Shown piece by piece: positions 1-12,578 of a DNA stretch of 64,000 bases. Location of the stretch: the NCBI GenBank assembly GCA_964016885.1, contig OZ024741.1, positions 291,958,001-292,022,000 on the forward strand, given 5' to 3'. The position numbers and the translations under genes are program-made. Each line of letters starts with the position of its first letter. Position 1 is the first letter of the stretch. Source of the DNA: Eledone cirrhosa (taxonomy: Eukaryota). The notes under the pieces were generated by a model. It was not told the origin of the DNA. It made no database searches and saw only the letters and a list, made by a program, of their open reading frames with translations.

Positions 1-16
1 AACAGAAAGTGAGAAG

Positions 17-50
<34 letters not shown>

Positions 51-140
51 ATGGAAAAATTTGAACAGGAACAAAACAGAGAGGCAGTACAACGAATGTT
101 TATTAATTTCACGCTCTGGAGAGTGGGGTGGTGGTGGGGA

Positions 141-172
141 ACGACGTTTCGGGCATAAGCCCATCCTCAGGT
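141..172 (-). ncRNA. Hammerhead ribozyme-like motif (PLE-type, degenerate stem I)
   Basis: Minus strand reads CTGAGGA-T-GGGC-TTAT-GCCC-GAAAC-GTCGTT: core, 4-bp stem II, GAAA and a near-palindromic stem III. AATAAA follows downstream. Stem I is not clearly paired. Confidence 0.55.
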
Positions 173-472
173 GAGAAGTGTGTAGGAACAGAGTTCAAAG
201 GGTGTGTAGGGGAGTGGTGGAGAGACATATAGCGAAAGGAAACGGTGCGAATGAAATTAAAAATAAAAATAAAAATAAAGCATGATCAAAATAAAAGGAA
301 TGAAATAAAAATAAATATAAAAGCATGATCAAAATAAACTGAAATTAAAAAAGGGTAAAACAGGTGGTGGAAGGGTGTGGGGTGTGTAGGGGTGGTGGCG
401 GGTGGAGTGGGGAGAGGGAGACGGGGTGTCCGAGCGGGGAGGGCTGAAGGTGGTGTGTGTGTGTAGGTGTAC

Positions 473-503
<31 letters not shown>

Positions 504-825
504 AAAGTAAGGGTTGGGGGAAGAACGGGGTTGCATGTTCAGGAAGAGATGTGTGTGGGGGGGTTGTAGGTTGGAGTGTCTGTGCGTGTGTGGATAGAGG
601 GGTGGGGGAGAGGAATCAGGAGGCTGAGGGTGTAAATATGTTGTGGAAAGCACGTGTGTGTGGGGTTTAAGCGTGTTGTGGGTGTAGGTGGCGTGTGGGA
701 GAAAAAAAATTTGTTTGTGTGTGTGTGGGGGTGAGTTATATAGGTGATTCCGTAAGAGGATGGTTGAAATGTTGGTAAATTCCTATGATGTTAGTAGAAT
801 ATATATATATATATATATATATACG

Positions 826-873
<48 letters not shown>

Positions 874-877
<4 letters not shown>

Positions 878-973
878 GAGGAAAATGCGAAGTTGAAGAT
901 GTTAAGGTCCTTTATTAATTGAGCCGTTATACATATTTCAATGACGATAGATATCGTGATTTCTTCAAACAGC
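874..973 (-). mobile_element. PLE-like 3' end with degenerate HHR (923-973); partial second copy at 2297-2364
   Basis: Minus strand: GCTGTT-TGAAGA-AATCACGATA-TC-TATCGTCATT-GAAATATGTA-TAACGGC-TCAATTAATAAA. Stem I is GCTGTT/AACGGC and stem II is long; the core lacks its first C. The same 3' sequence recurs at 2297-2364. Confidence 0.45.
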
Positions 974-1744
974 AAAAATTGAAGCAATTTTGGGTGGAAT
1001 GGAGGGGACTAAAAAATGTGTATGTTGTTGCCTTGACTGCCCGCTCCCTTCTAATTTTCAGGACGTACCGACAGCCCTGCTTAATCATAGGGGTGTGACC
1101 ACTTGACTACAACTAAGAATACCACCAACCTTATGTGTTCTCTCTAGCTACCACTCCTAACTACCTCGCCGACAGCTCCATACGGTCTGTTGGCGTTCAG
1201 ACCAGCCAAAATTTATTTACTACTAGCTTTGGTGGCCAGCAAAATTTAGTGCATTCGTACCCGCTACCCGTTTATGTCGGGATAATATATAGACGATCAA
1301 CTCCAAATTGAGAAATTTACCTACTGATATGAATAATATATCTTATAGAAAATATTAAAGCTTTCACAACCGGAAAACCCAGAAAAAGTTCTGGAATTCA
1401 GACGTTAAGAATTAAAATGTTAAAGTCCGGGAAGCTAGACAACGGTCGTTATGCTAAGAATATATCTAACTGGCAAAGTATATATTCTTATTAGGGATTG
1501 GGTTCAGAACTGGATATTAACTTGTTATGACTCCCCATGGACACAACTGGCCTCTTGTTGAGAATGACAGGCAATATTTAAAGTATCTAATGTAACGAAT
1601 GTAAAAATTAAATAATCGGGTAGTTGGTATCCGGTCAATCCGGTGGAGACAAATAAAATATTGATGATTTAAGGAGCGATGTAAGAAAAGGTACAAATGA
1701 GTAAGGATGAGGGGGAAAAATAGTATCATAAAGGGAATAAAGGA

Positions 1745-1782
<38 letters not shown>

Positions 1783-2384
1783 AGGGGGAGAGAGAGAGGG
1801 AGAGAGGAGTAAAACAAGGTAAAAAAGAATTATAGAGAGAATGAATGAGAGGAAACGCAGGAAAATAATTGCAGGGAAAATCTGTGATAAATGTCTGAGT
1901 GAGGGCGAGTTATAGAGAGTCAGTTATATTCACAGGCTTCTGCTGTTTTGGTCCGTGCATTTGCAGCTGGGTGCACCTCAAAGGCTGTCCGTGGCTATAT
2001 GAGGCAGGGTGGGATCCGGCAGGTGATCTTCTCTCCAGCGTGTTGCATGTAGAATAAGTGGTAGTTGTTGCTTTTTGGTCCCCCATTAATCCGTTCGAAA
2101 GTTGTTCCATAGTATATTTCCATCACCAGTTGTGGTATCCCGGGGTGTAGTCTGCCTTACTTCATCAGATTGGATTGTATCAAAAAGCGCCAACACGGGG
2201 AGCTAAATACATTCGGTATACAAGGATGCAATTCACTTCTAGCACTGAACGTCATATTACTTCCTAAACACAAGGATGGCGGAGTATATTAATAAAGAGG
2301 AAAATGCGAAGTTAAGATATTAGGGTCGTTTATAAATTGAGCCGTTATACATATTTCAATGACAGCATATATATATATATATAT

Positions 2385-3670
2385 CGTTGTCGGCACCACT
2401 CGGGTCCGAGTCTGGTTCATCTTGCGCCTCCATGATACTTGAACCTGACATGGCTCAGAAGGCCAAGTGGCGAGTGGAACAATCTCGGGCATCGATCTCA
2501 TGGCAGGGCAGATAATGGTCTTGGCTGGAGTTGCCAATCTTTGCGTTGCCTTCTTTTTACTTTTACTTCAGTCCTTCTCCTTTCCTCGAAAGTGGAACAA
2601 CCAAAATGAATTGCTCCTCGCTAGGTGGGTGGCTTCTATTTCTCAGTTGTTAAGGCTGACTCCGATTTGAAGGAGGGAAAACCAGTTGATCTTTGAATCT
2701 GAGTTTTGGGGCAACACCATGCCGTTTGCCGTTGACGAATTCGCTGTAGAGGATGGTCCATAGGAGTCTTGACGGGGTCATTCGTGTGATATGCCCTGAC
2801 CACCTGAGGCGATGGTTGAAGATCACAGCTGCAATGCGCAGAATTTCCGAGCGATTGAGTACTTCGTTGTTGGTGCATCGGTCCTGCCATTTCATGTCGA
2901 GGATCTGCCGAAGCTTGGCTTGTTGGAAAATCTCAAGCTTTTTCAGGTCTTCTCGATACAGGGTCCAGGTCTCGCAAGCGTAGACCAAGGTGGAGATGAC
3001 AAGGGAACAGAGCACCGTGTGTTTTGTTCGGAGGGAGAGCCTGTGGCTTTTGAATACATTATTGCTAAGTCTTTCGAAAGCTCAATGAGCGGATTTGATG
3101 CAGTGGTCAATGTCTCTTTCCCATGATCCTAACTGTGAGAGTGTTGCCGAGATATTGAAAGTCGTTGACAACTTCCAGAGGCGTGTCTCTCATGTTGATG
3201 ACGACTTCTGGTGCTTCTTGTCCTGGAATAGGTTGTTTAAGTGTATCTTCGCCTTGTCCATATCATTTTCATCCCAAAGCGATAGCCGGCTTCGGAGACG
3301 AGGGTCGAACAGAGCACTGGCCGTCGGCAACAGATAAGATAGGGATGACATTTTCGTCTGCGTACTGTAGCTCCTTGATGCTACTTTGCGATGACCGAGG
3401 TTTGGATGTCAGATGCGCGAGGTTATAGAGCCCACCTTCCAGGCGGTAGCGGGTCTAGACACCTGGTGAATCTCGTGGGATCTTGTTGATCATCGACGCT
3501 AGGTAAATGGAAAACAGGGTTGGAGTAAGGACACAGCCATGTTTCAGGCCCCCGAAATGAATCGGAGTGTACATTTTGCATTCAGACACGTCTTACCATG
3601 CAATCAAGGAGCGCGATGATAAGGTCAAAAAGTGATCGGAGAAGCTAATTCGAAGCAGCACAGACCATAT
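2385..3670 (-). mobile_element. RTE-clade LINE, 5'-truncated and decayed (RT C-terminal half plus 3' end)
   Basis: Translated motifs GLKHGCVLTPTLFSIYL, LQYADE and STLVYACETWTLY...RLRWSGHITRM...GKRHGVAPKLRFKDQL. Frameshifts are present and the element ends in (TA)n. Confidence 0.9.
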
Positions 3671-3714
3671 TGCCGGGCCTCGGCAGCACAGACCACATAC
3701 GACGAGCTTCGGCA

Positions 3715-3860
3715 TAATTTCCGTCTATCAAATTCCTATCACAAGTCATTGGTCAGCCTGAAGCTGTAATAAAAGACACTTGCTAAGGAGACCTCGCAGT
3801 GAGACCAAACCTGAGATTCGTAATTGCGAAGCAAACTTATTAATCATGCAGGCTTACTTG
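3715..3860 (-). mobile_element. tRNA-derived SINE, family B (degenerate); related copies at ~53545-53630 (-) and ~58250-58380 (+)
   Basis: The segment CACAAG..TTGGTC.GCC.GA.GCT.TA.TA.AAGACACTTG..AAGG is shared among these loci. Confidence 0.55.
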
Positions 3861-4139
3861 CGCTTTTCTTATATAATCGCTCATCGACATTTTAAAGTTC
3901 CTTGTAGAGAGAAAAAAATGTGAGTTGAGAAAGGGGTTCTCTCTCCCAGTGAGGTTTATAAAAGTTGGCCATCTATGGCGATAATGGCTTTATTCTCAGC
4001 ATGAATCTGTAGGCTAGAGAAGCAATTTTTTATGTAAACGCCGACAGTTTATGTAACTTGTCTTTGTAAGGTCTCCTTCACTCAGCGTTCTTGTGGCAAA
4101 TAGAAGAAATTATTATTATTATTATTATTGGTGGTCATA

Positions 4140-4354
4140 GGGCGGTGGATTCGCAGTATCGGTAGCGCGTCAGACACCATGCTTCGTGGCATAACGTTAC
4201 GGCTCTTTACGTTCTAAGTTCAAATCTGGCCGAGGTTAGCTTTGCCTTTCATCCTTACGGGGTCAATAAAATAAAGTATTAGCCATGTACTGGAGTCGAA
4301 TTAATCGACTTTCCCCTCCCCCAAATTGCTGGCATTGTGCTTAAAATAGAAATA
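4140..4354 (+). mobile_element. tRNA-derived SINE, family A (long form) with 18-bp TSD
   Basis: A-box-like TCGCAGTATCGG and B-box AAGTTCAAATC. Central GCCTTTCATCCTTACGGGGTC.ATAAAATAAAGTA motif. TSD ATTATTATTGGTGGTCAT at 4121-4138 and 4355-4372. Confidence 0.85.
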
Positions 4355-4372
4355 ATTATTATTGGTGGTCAT

Positions 4373-4785
4373 GGTGAAAGAGCCGCTTTCATTACTTGTT
4401 TCAGATTTCACCTGAAAAGGAAACTCGGGGTGGAGAGAAAAGTGTTGCATTCCAGCCAGTTTTTGAAAGGTGGGTGAGAGAGACAAGGATGGCCCTGTGA
4501 ATAGGCCTGCCCCAAATGTTTGCCTGTAGTATTGGAGGACAACTGGGAGAGGGTGCTTGACCTAGCGTTCAGGGTGAACGTGGCTTTTGTAGGCTTTCTC
4601 CACGAGTAACCCTTCGTACTCCGGCCCCACTATTGGACATTTTTTTGTCTCTACTTTTTGTTACATCTTTTGTTATTGTTATTTTTTTTCCTTTTATACA
4701 CGCAGAAACCCAATTTTGCACAGTCGCGTGCCGTCCATAATGTTTTCCTTTATGTAAACCCTTGTGGTTAATAAAGAAATCATCA
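4373..4785 (+). mobile_element. 3' end of Tx1/L1-clade retrotransposon (relative of the 44.5-48.5 kb elements)
   Basis: Similar to 48061-48525 (GAAAGGTGGGTGA...ATGGCCC..GTGAAT.GGCC). Ends with a hairpin followed by AATAAAGAAA. Confidence 0.7.
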
Positions 4786-5809
4786 ATATTATTATAGTAG
4801 TAATAGTAGTAGAAATTACAAGAAGATGAAAGAATAAACGATCACGAAACAATGTAGTAATGTATAGTCAATTAACAGCGGAATTCATAAAAACCACGAT
4901 CTGTATATGGTTAACAACAAACAGGGATTATACAAAATATAGAACAACAAAGGATTTCGTTTTCATTGAGAAAGGGAAGGAGGAAAGATAAAGAGGGACA
5001 GACGAATTGTAGATTCATATATTCTACTTCGGATTTTTTTATTTCTTCGTAATGAGATTATAAACAAGATATATAAACAAGATATCGTATTTAATAACGT
5101 CATCGCTAAAAAAAATCCTTGAATAAATACAAAGTAGAGACTACGAATTTCTGCCCCGCTCTATTTTCCTCTCACTCACTCCCACCTTTTTCATCTCTCT
5201 TCTCTCCTTCTCTCTCTCCTCTCCCTCTCCCTCTTTAACGAGTAGTGGATCAACCAACCAATTGATCAAAATGAAGCTGTTAGATAGAAGTTACGTCTCC
5301 CTAACATTGAAAACAATCCATCCAGTGAGATCTCACACAGTTGACAGATGGTCAACATATTAAAAATTGCAGCAATGGTTACAAAATGAAAATAAAGGAG
5401 AAAGAAAGGTATTTCATGTTCGCCTTTGAAGTAAAAATTCTATTATGCCTGGTCATGACGAAATAAACTGTAACTGTGTTTAACGGAAGCAGAATAACAA
5501 AAGTGTCCATTTGTGGTTTATTGACGATGAAGGAAGAGTCCACATGGAGTGGTGTGATCACAACAGTTGATATACAAGGTGAACAAGGGGTGCAAGAGGG
5601 TCTATAGCAAAAGACCCACAGGACAAAATACCCAAGGAAAAAATACCAATCCCTAACAGAAAAAAATCACACGTATTTAAAAGTAAAACAGAATTTTAAT
5701 AAGGTAGGAAGCTAGATAGTTCGTCAGGTTTCTATTTTCTACAGAAGAAAAAAAAACATTTTATTTCATTTAATTAATTATGAAAAATATTACAAATGAG
5801 GAAGCGATA

Positions 5810-6080
5810 AGGAAGGGCAGATCTAGCCAACCACAGGTATGAGCCTCGAGAGATGGAATGGCTCTTCCAGCGCATCTCCTTTACCATCCTCCGAGGAAAC
5901 CCCTTCTCCATTCTGTCCACCGGGGCTGTGGGGCGGCCAGCACGTGGGATCCCATTTGCTCACTATACAGAGAGATGGGGACGGACACATTGCATCTGTC
6001 AAGAGTGTACATCCTTTATGTGAGAAGTTATGTTAAAGTCAAATATATGTGTAGGGACATTAAAATAAAATATTTATAGT
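5810..6080 (+). mobile_element. 3' fragment of CRE-clade (restriction-like endonuclease) non-LTR retrotransposon
   Basis: From 5841 it translates EPREMEWLFQRISFTILRGNPFSILSTG, matching the typical CRE C-terminal ExxFLxQRLSIAIQRGNAxxI motif. A-rich tail follows. Confidence 0.65.
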
Positions 6081-6376
6081 ATCATGAAGAAAGAACTATA
6101 AAAGCCATAAATGAGAGGAATATGAGGGGGAAATCAAGGTCTATCTGTTATTGCATTACATTTTGATGCGCTTGAAATGTACACAATAGGTAAGATGTAT
6201 TGAAATAAACTAATGTTGAATATGTGATCCCGTCTCTGTTCCTTTTTTTAATATCGATACACCCTCGGATAACATATACGTTGCCTTATGTTATCCATAT
6301 GTGCAGTGTTTTCGCCTAATTACCCAGTAGCTTATCGATTGCAAGGATCAACCAACACTGAGTATCATAATATATA

Positions 6377-6445
<69 letters not shown>

Positions 6446-6616
6446 ATAAGAAAATTTATATTTATATATGTTTGATACAACTATAAATACGGAGGGTAGT
6501 ACTAAGTACTAGCCGGTTATCGGTATGATGAAAGGCTCGATGCAAATTTACAAGTGTTTTACAGAGCCGAGATACAAAGTGTTAAAACGATCAAATTTTA
6601 GTTTAGAACATTTATT

Positions 6617-6663
6617 TGCTGACAATTGTTTCTTCCAGGGGGAAGTCTGGCATCATCGGAGCA
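6617..6663 (-). ncRNA. Minimal type-I hammerhead ribozyme (CCGAUGA core variant)
   Basis: TGCT-CCGATGA-TG-CCAG-ACTTCCCC-CTGG-AA-GAAAC-AATT-GTC-AGCA-AATAAA. Stem I is TGCT/AGCA, stem III is the palindrome ACAATTGT, and the triplet is GUC. Confidence 0.75.
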
Positions 6664-7637
6664 TATGGAATGTCGAAACATGTGACTAAAATCCTAGTCA
6701 TTTAGAACATTTAGGGTACATAATTGTTGTTAGTGTCATAGGCATCATGTGGGGAGTCAGGAGTTAAAAAGATGTTCAGCTTGAAAGAACACAATTACAC
6801 GCAGCACTGGTTGAAAGTGTAAGAGGTATAAGTAAAAAGCACAATCAAAAAAATACAGACAAAAATGTTATAAGCAAGGAAAATGGATGTACAATGCAGG
6901 AGTCAATACAGTCAATTAGGCATGTATGACGAAAGAGTTATAATGCAGTTGAAATAAACATATTTTGTGTGGGGTGTTAAAGCAAGTTATAATTGTTATA
7001 AATGTTTAAGATAGTGTGCAATTTATTAGAGAGGCATGTGGTGATAATGTAGGTATTTGTTATGTAAGGTGTAATGTAAAGCACGTGATAGAGTTGGATA
7101 GGTGATTTTCATTCAAGTGTTTTTGTGTTGTAGTTCGTATGTATGTGTATATGTTGTTTGTAACTCACAGCTATTAACCATGGGATTATTTTGAGTCGTT
7201 TATAGTCAATAGGTGTTTGTTTGTTAAATGTTAATTCCACAGAATTACTGGCCATGTTGTTATTGTAGGTATGTTATCTTATGCATTTTTTATCTACAAA
7301 TTATCTTCTCTAGGGTTTGTATTAACCGTTATTAAGCTGTTGGTAAACCATTAGGCTGCTTAATTTTATAAGTTTACACAGGAAGTTGTAAAGGGCGTTA
7401 ATAACAAAGGGAGGTAATTAAGGTTGTTGATAAATTATGGGTTGTTTTAATATTGTAGTAGTGTTATAAATTACTCCTTATAGAGTATATAAAATATTAT
7501 TGGTTATTTAATTATCTTTTAAACTTGTGTGGAGGGAGTTAAAAACGTTTTTTAAATCATTTTATTATAACTAGATTGTTTTTACATAGTTACTATATGT
7601 ATATATAATATAAGGTATACATATATGTGTGCGAGTG

Positions 7638-7753
<116 letters not shown>

Positions 7754-8127
7754 GAGAGAGAGAGAGAAAGAAAGAGAGGAGAGAGAGAGAGAGAGGGGGA
7801 GAGAGATTGTGCAGAGAGAGTTGAATTTTTTTATGACAGGATAGTGAGTTGCATAATATATACTGTAGTAATTGGTGTTATATACACAGTTGTCTGCTAT
7901 TTAGTTGGTGTTGTATATTGAGAGTATATTAGAGTGTTTATATTATTTAAATATTTTAATTGTATAAGGTAAGTGATCAAACAAGGGGTTTATTGACAGT
8001 ATGTAGGTTAGTGTGGTCTTTTAATTAAGGTGTAGTCCTATATTCATGAAGATCTAATTGGATAAATTAAAAGGTGGTGGTCTAGTGTTATCTCCGACAT
8101 TGGTCTTTATTTTTATTATTATTATTA

Positions 8128-8562
8128 TTAGTTACTAGGTTTGAAGTAGTGGAACGAGAATCTATGGTAATGTGGACACGTGGACAAGATCTCTGATTTC
8201 CTATTTAGCAGGCTAAGATTAGAGTTAATAATATTTCTAGACTCGAGGATGCAAAGGTTACACAATTTGTTAGGTGGTCTATATGAAGGGGCCTAAGCTA
8301 TCACTTCCCATTTTAAGGTGTATGGTATATTACTTGATTTTAATGAGTGTATGTATGTGGATAGGGAGGTTACGTTGCTAAGTTTAGAGTTACTGAACGA
8401 ATGAAGGTGTGAATTATATCTGGTCTTAAAGCTATTCGATGTTGAGCCTATATATACTTTCGAGATGTGGTTAGCGATTACAGTACCGGAGTAGATAATA
8501 TCTTTAATAAGGCAGTTCTTATTTAATGGGCATGTCTTGTTAGGTCTACAATTACAATTGTT
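8128..8562 (-). pseudogene. GIY-YIG endonuclease domain of a PLE (Naiad-like Cys pattern) with one in-frame TAG
   Basis: NNCNCRPNKTCPLNKNCLIKDIIYSGTV..KVYIGSTSNSFKTRYNSHLHSF..VTSLSTYIHSLK..LKWEVIA*APSY..LCNLCILE..LLNRKSEILSTCPHYHRF. The stop is at 8293-8295 and the terminal TAA at 8128-8130. Confidence 0.85.
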
Positions 8563-8620
8563 TTGGTAACTAGTATATATATATATATATTATTATGTAA
8601 TAAACAACATAAGGCAATTA

Positions 8621-8680
8621 TTCCATTTACCAGTGGTTTCTTAAAAGGAAAAGGTTTTGCTTTCAATCCTCAGAATGAAA
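8621..8680 (-). ncRNA. Type-I hammerhead ribozyme (mirror copy of 8941-9000)
   Basis: Reverse complement of the + strand HHR with one stem II mismatch. Confidence 0.75.
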
Positions 8681-8940
8681 AAATCCTGGTTTGTTTATTG
8701 AATTTGGATTTTAAAAACAAAAATACAATCTATATGAAAGTGAGGCTGGAGAAGGAAGAAGGAAAGGGAAAATAAAATAAAACTACACATGCAAACACAC
8801 ACACAAAAAAACACGTGTGTGTGTGTTTGCATGTGTAGTTTTATTTTATTTTTCCTTTCCTTCTTCCTTCTCCAGCCTCACTTTCATATAGATTGCATTT
8901 TTGTTTTTAAAATCCAAATTCAATAAACAAACCAGGATTT

Positions 8941-9000
8941 TTTCATTCTGAGGATTGAAAGCAAAACCTTTTGCTTTTAAGAAACCACTGGTAAATGGAA
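8941..9000 (+). ncRNA. Type-I hammerhead ribozyme
   Basis: TTTCATT-CTGAGGA-TTGAAAGCAAAA-CC-TTTTGCTTTTAA-GAAAC-CACTG-GTA-AATGGAA. It has a 7-bp stem I, a long stem II, stem III ACC-ACT-GGT and a GUA triplet. Confidence 0.85.
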
Positions 9001-9098
9001 TAATTGCCTTATGTTGTTTATTACATAATAATAATTAAGCTCTGTTACCTACATAGAGCACTCTTTTTTCCTGGACTTTTCCGACGGAATTACTTCAC

Positions 9099-9312
<214 letters not shown>

Positions 9313-9382
9313 AAAAGGGAAAGAAAAAACAACACAATCGGTACAGTATATGGAAGGAATATATTAGGTTAACGTTTGAAAT

Positions 9383-9562
9383 AGCAGGAAGAGGGTCTTA
9401 ATATATCATTGAGTAAAATGACAGGAGGCCGGCTTCATGAAATTCCTTCAAAGTTGGCCACCGAAATGTACATAGTGTTTACTATAATAAATCTTTGAAG
9501 GAATTTCACCAGTCCCGCCTCCTGTCTTTTCCCCTCAATAATAATTATACTCCTTTCCCGCA
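9383..9562. mobile_element. MITE-like imperfect fold-back element
   Basis: GACAGGAGGC...TGAAATTCCTTCAAAG pairs with CTTTGAAGGAATTTCA...GCCTCCTGTC. Confidence 0.5.
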
Positions 9563-9691
9563 CCACCAACAAGATTTCAACATCAAAGATGGGTAAGTTG
9601 CATAATGTCGAGTCCTTTTCCTATTTTATATCATGATTGGCCATGCGGAATGACCAGTTCTATCCACTGGTGAACCACTAAACTTAAATGA

Positions 9692-9803
<112 letters not shown>

Positions 9804-10021
9804 TTATACAGTGTACTTCAAAACCCCTCTTTGGATACACGGTGATTCTGGTTGATGAATACAGTATTGTTGCACATATTTCCGGAATACACAGCCATTT
9901 ATGCTTTAATGCAATGACTAGATATTCCAGCTGTACGAACAACTGGACTACTCATCATTGAAACTGACGGAGTACTCATTTACTTTAGTCTTTTACATCT
10001 TGGGTAGTTGCAAATCAGCAA

Positions 10022-10224
10022 ATGGTGATGATGACTATGAGGGATTTCATGGCGATCGTGTTAATGAGGATGATGATGATGATAATGGTGATATTGATGA
10101 TGATGATGATGGCGGTGGTGGTGGTGGCGGTGGTGATTGATGGCCATGGTGGCTTTACTGACGATTGTGTTAAAAATGATGATGATGGTGATGGTGAAGG
10201 TGGTGATTTTAGTGATGATGATGG

Positions 10225-10259
<35 letters not shown>

Positions 10260-10360
10260 GTGGCGATGATGGCGAGGATGGCGACGATGATGATGATGAT
10301 GATGATGATGAAGATGTTGACGGCGGAGGTGACTGTGATGATGATGATGATGATGATTAT
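10022..10360. repeat. (GAT/GGT)n degenerate trinucleotide tract
   Basis: Direct inspection. Confidence 0.9.
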
Positions 10361-10444
10361 GCCAAACACTTTGATGTCTAATTTGATCAGATCAAAGTGA
10401 TACAAAGTAAAAATTAATAAATTGCTCACCCTCACCTACATCCT

Positions 10445-11256
10445 GACCAACACCCCTATAACCACCACCATAAACATCACGCTAAACCATGACCATGACC
10501 ATCACCATCACCAATACCCCCTATAACCATCACCATAAAATCACCCAAAACCATCACCAGCACCATCACCAACACCCCTTATAACCACCGCCATAAACAT
10601 CACGCTAAACCATCACCATCACCATCACCAATACCCCCTATAACCACCACCATAAACATCACGCTAAACCAGGACCATCACCATCACCAACACCCCCTAT
10701 AACCACCATCATAAACATCACCCAAACCCATCACCATCACCATCACCGACACCCCTATAACCACCACCATAAACATCACGCTAAACCATCACCATCACCA
10801 TCACCAACACCCCTTATAACCACCACCATAAACATCACGCTAAACCAGGACCATCACCATCACCAACACCCCCTATAACCACCATCATAAACATCACCCA
10901 AACCCATCACCATCACCATCACCAACACCCCCTATAACAACAACCATAAACATCACGCTAAACCATCACCATCACCATCACCAACACCCCCTATAACCAC
11001 CACCATAAACATCAAGCTAAACCATCACCATCACCATCACCAACATCCCCTATAACCACCACCATAAACATCACGCTAAACCATCACCATCACCATCACC
11101 CCCTATAACCACCACCATAAACATCACCCAAAACCATCACCATCACCAACACCGCCTATAAACACAACCTTCACCATCATTCCTATAATTACCACCTTCA
11201 CCATCACCCCCTTAACCACCACCGTTATACTTACCATCACCATCACCATCACCATC
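10445..11256. repeat. ~59-bp minisatellite (~12 copies)
   Basis: Unit ACCATCACCATCACCATCACCAACACCCCCTATAACCACCACCATAAACATCACGCTAA. Confidence 0.9.
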
Positions 11257-11354
11257 ATATATTTGCTATATAATTATAATCGGTCTATGCATCTCTATAC
11301 AGACTTAAATTATGCATATATATAAGCTTATTCCTGTATATATATATATATATA

Positions 11355-11590
11355 TATTAATTCCAAATATTAACAAAATAGATATTCTTGTGATCAATTA
11401 TATGTTATTATACATAGTTCAGAGGCACTGAATTAAGTTCAACAGTATGTCCTCATCAGATAAAATAAAATGATACATGACATACCCTGACATGGTAGAT
11501 GGTTATGATTTAATTTGATCACAAGAATATCTACTTTGTTAATATTTGGAATTAATATCAATAGCTCTGTAAAATATATCTTGTAGAGTG
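11355..11590. mobile_element. PLE-like end with 43-bp inverted repeats enclosing a degenerate minus-strand HHR (~11404-11466)
   Basis: TATTAATTCCAAATATTAACAAAATAGATATTCTTGTGATCAA (11355-11397) versus its reverse complement at 11515-11557. The minus strand reads CTGATGA...GAACTATGTA. Confidence 0.55.
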
Positions 11591-11976
11591 CTTCCAATCT
11601 ATTGTAAAACTCATTCATTCTTTGATGTATTCATTGAATCTTGTTTAACTCTTAAATATATATTACTGTACCATCGCTGAACATTAATATCGGTAAGGTT
11701 TTTTTTATATCGATATTTGTCGGGCATCCACTGATGATTTATAACTGCCCATCTACATATATTCCTACGGACTATGTGTAGGCTTCTACATAACCAGGAC
11801 ATTATTTTCCCAATTTGTAGAAAACTTAGAATCAAACGATCGTTTGGAAAGAGGGATGCATTTAATTATGTGTCATATAAAATAATACAACTGGCTATCC
11901 GCAAAATACGTATAGTTAGCACCCCAAACGTATAATTGGGATTATACTAAGGTATATCCTAATGCTTGTTAGAAAA

Positions 11977-12172
11977 TATATAGCTTTCACCGTATTTTTA
12001 ACTAAAGGAATTTTAGCTTGATAATGGGGTTCAGAGCCCTCAGATAAATGGAAAAAGATGAGTATTGACGTACATGTACGTCAATACTCATCTTTTTCCA
12101 TTTATCTGAGGGTTCTAAACCCCATTATCAAGCTAAAATTCCTTTAGTTAAAAATACGGTGAAAGCTATATA
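11977..12172. repeat. 196-bp spacerless palindrome
   Basis: Centre GACGTACA|TGTACGTC between 12074 and 12075. The arms are complementary with about 2 mismatches and run into (TA)n. Confidence 0.95.
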
Positions 12173-12173
12173 G

Positions 12174-12272
<99 letters not shown>

Positions 12273-12289
12273 TATATGAAAATATATAT

Positions 12290-12326
12290 GAGAGAACTCG
12301 TCCATGGATCTCGGGAATTTTACCCG

Positions 12327-12377
<51 letters not shown>

Positions 12378-12431
12378 TATATGAAAATATATATGAGAGA
12401 ACTCGTCCATGGATCTCGGGAATTTTACCCG

Positions 12432-12435
<4 letters not shown>
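12290..12435 (+). mobile_element. Two ~40-bp stubs of an RTE-X 3' terminus in a 105-bp tandem duplication within (TA)n
   Basis: GAGAGAACTCGTCCATGGATCTCGGGAATTTTACCCGCCC at 12290 and 12395 is nearly identical to the element end at 15553-15592. Confidence 0.85.
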
Positions 12436-12509
<74 letters not shown>

Positions 12510-12510
12510 G

Positions 12511-12578
<68 letters not shown>

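Larger units (their letters stand above)
8591..9030. repeat. ~215-bp near-perfect inverted repeat (440-bp fold-back) carrying an HHR in each arm
   Basis: 8591-8804 is the reverse complement of 8815-9030 apart from about 3 substitutions; the spacer is ~10 bp. Confidence 0.95.

Noticed and set aside
2115-2176. Minus-strand CTGATGA...GATACCACAACTGGTG-ATGGA HHR-like motif
   Set aside because: GAAA and the NUH triplet are both mutated and stem II is unpaired; too degenerate to call.
8293-8295. In-frame stop in the PLE GIY-YIG ORF as a possible selenocysteine codon
   Set aside because: The codon is TAG, not TGA, and no convincing SECIS was seen downstream.
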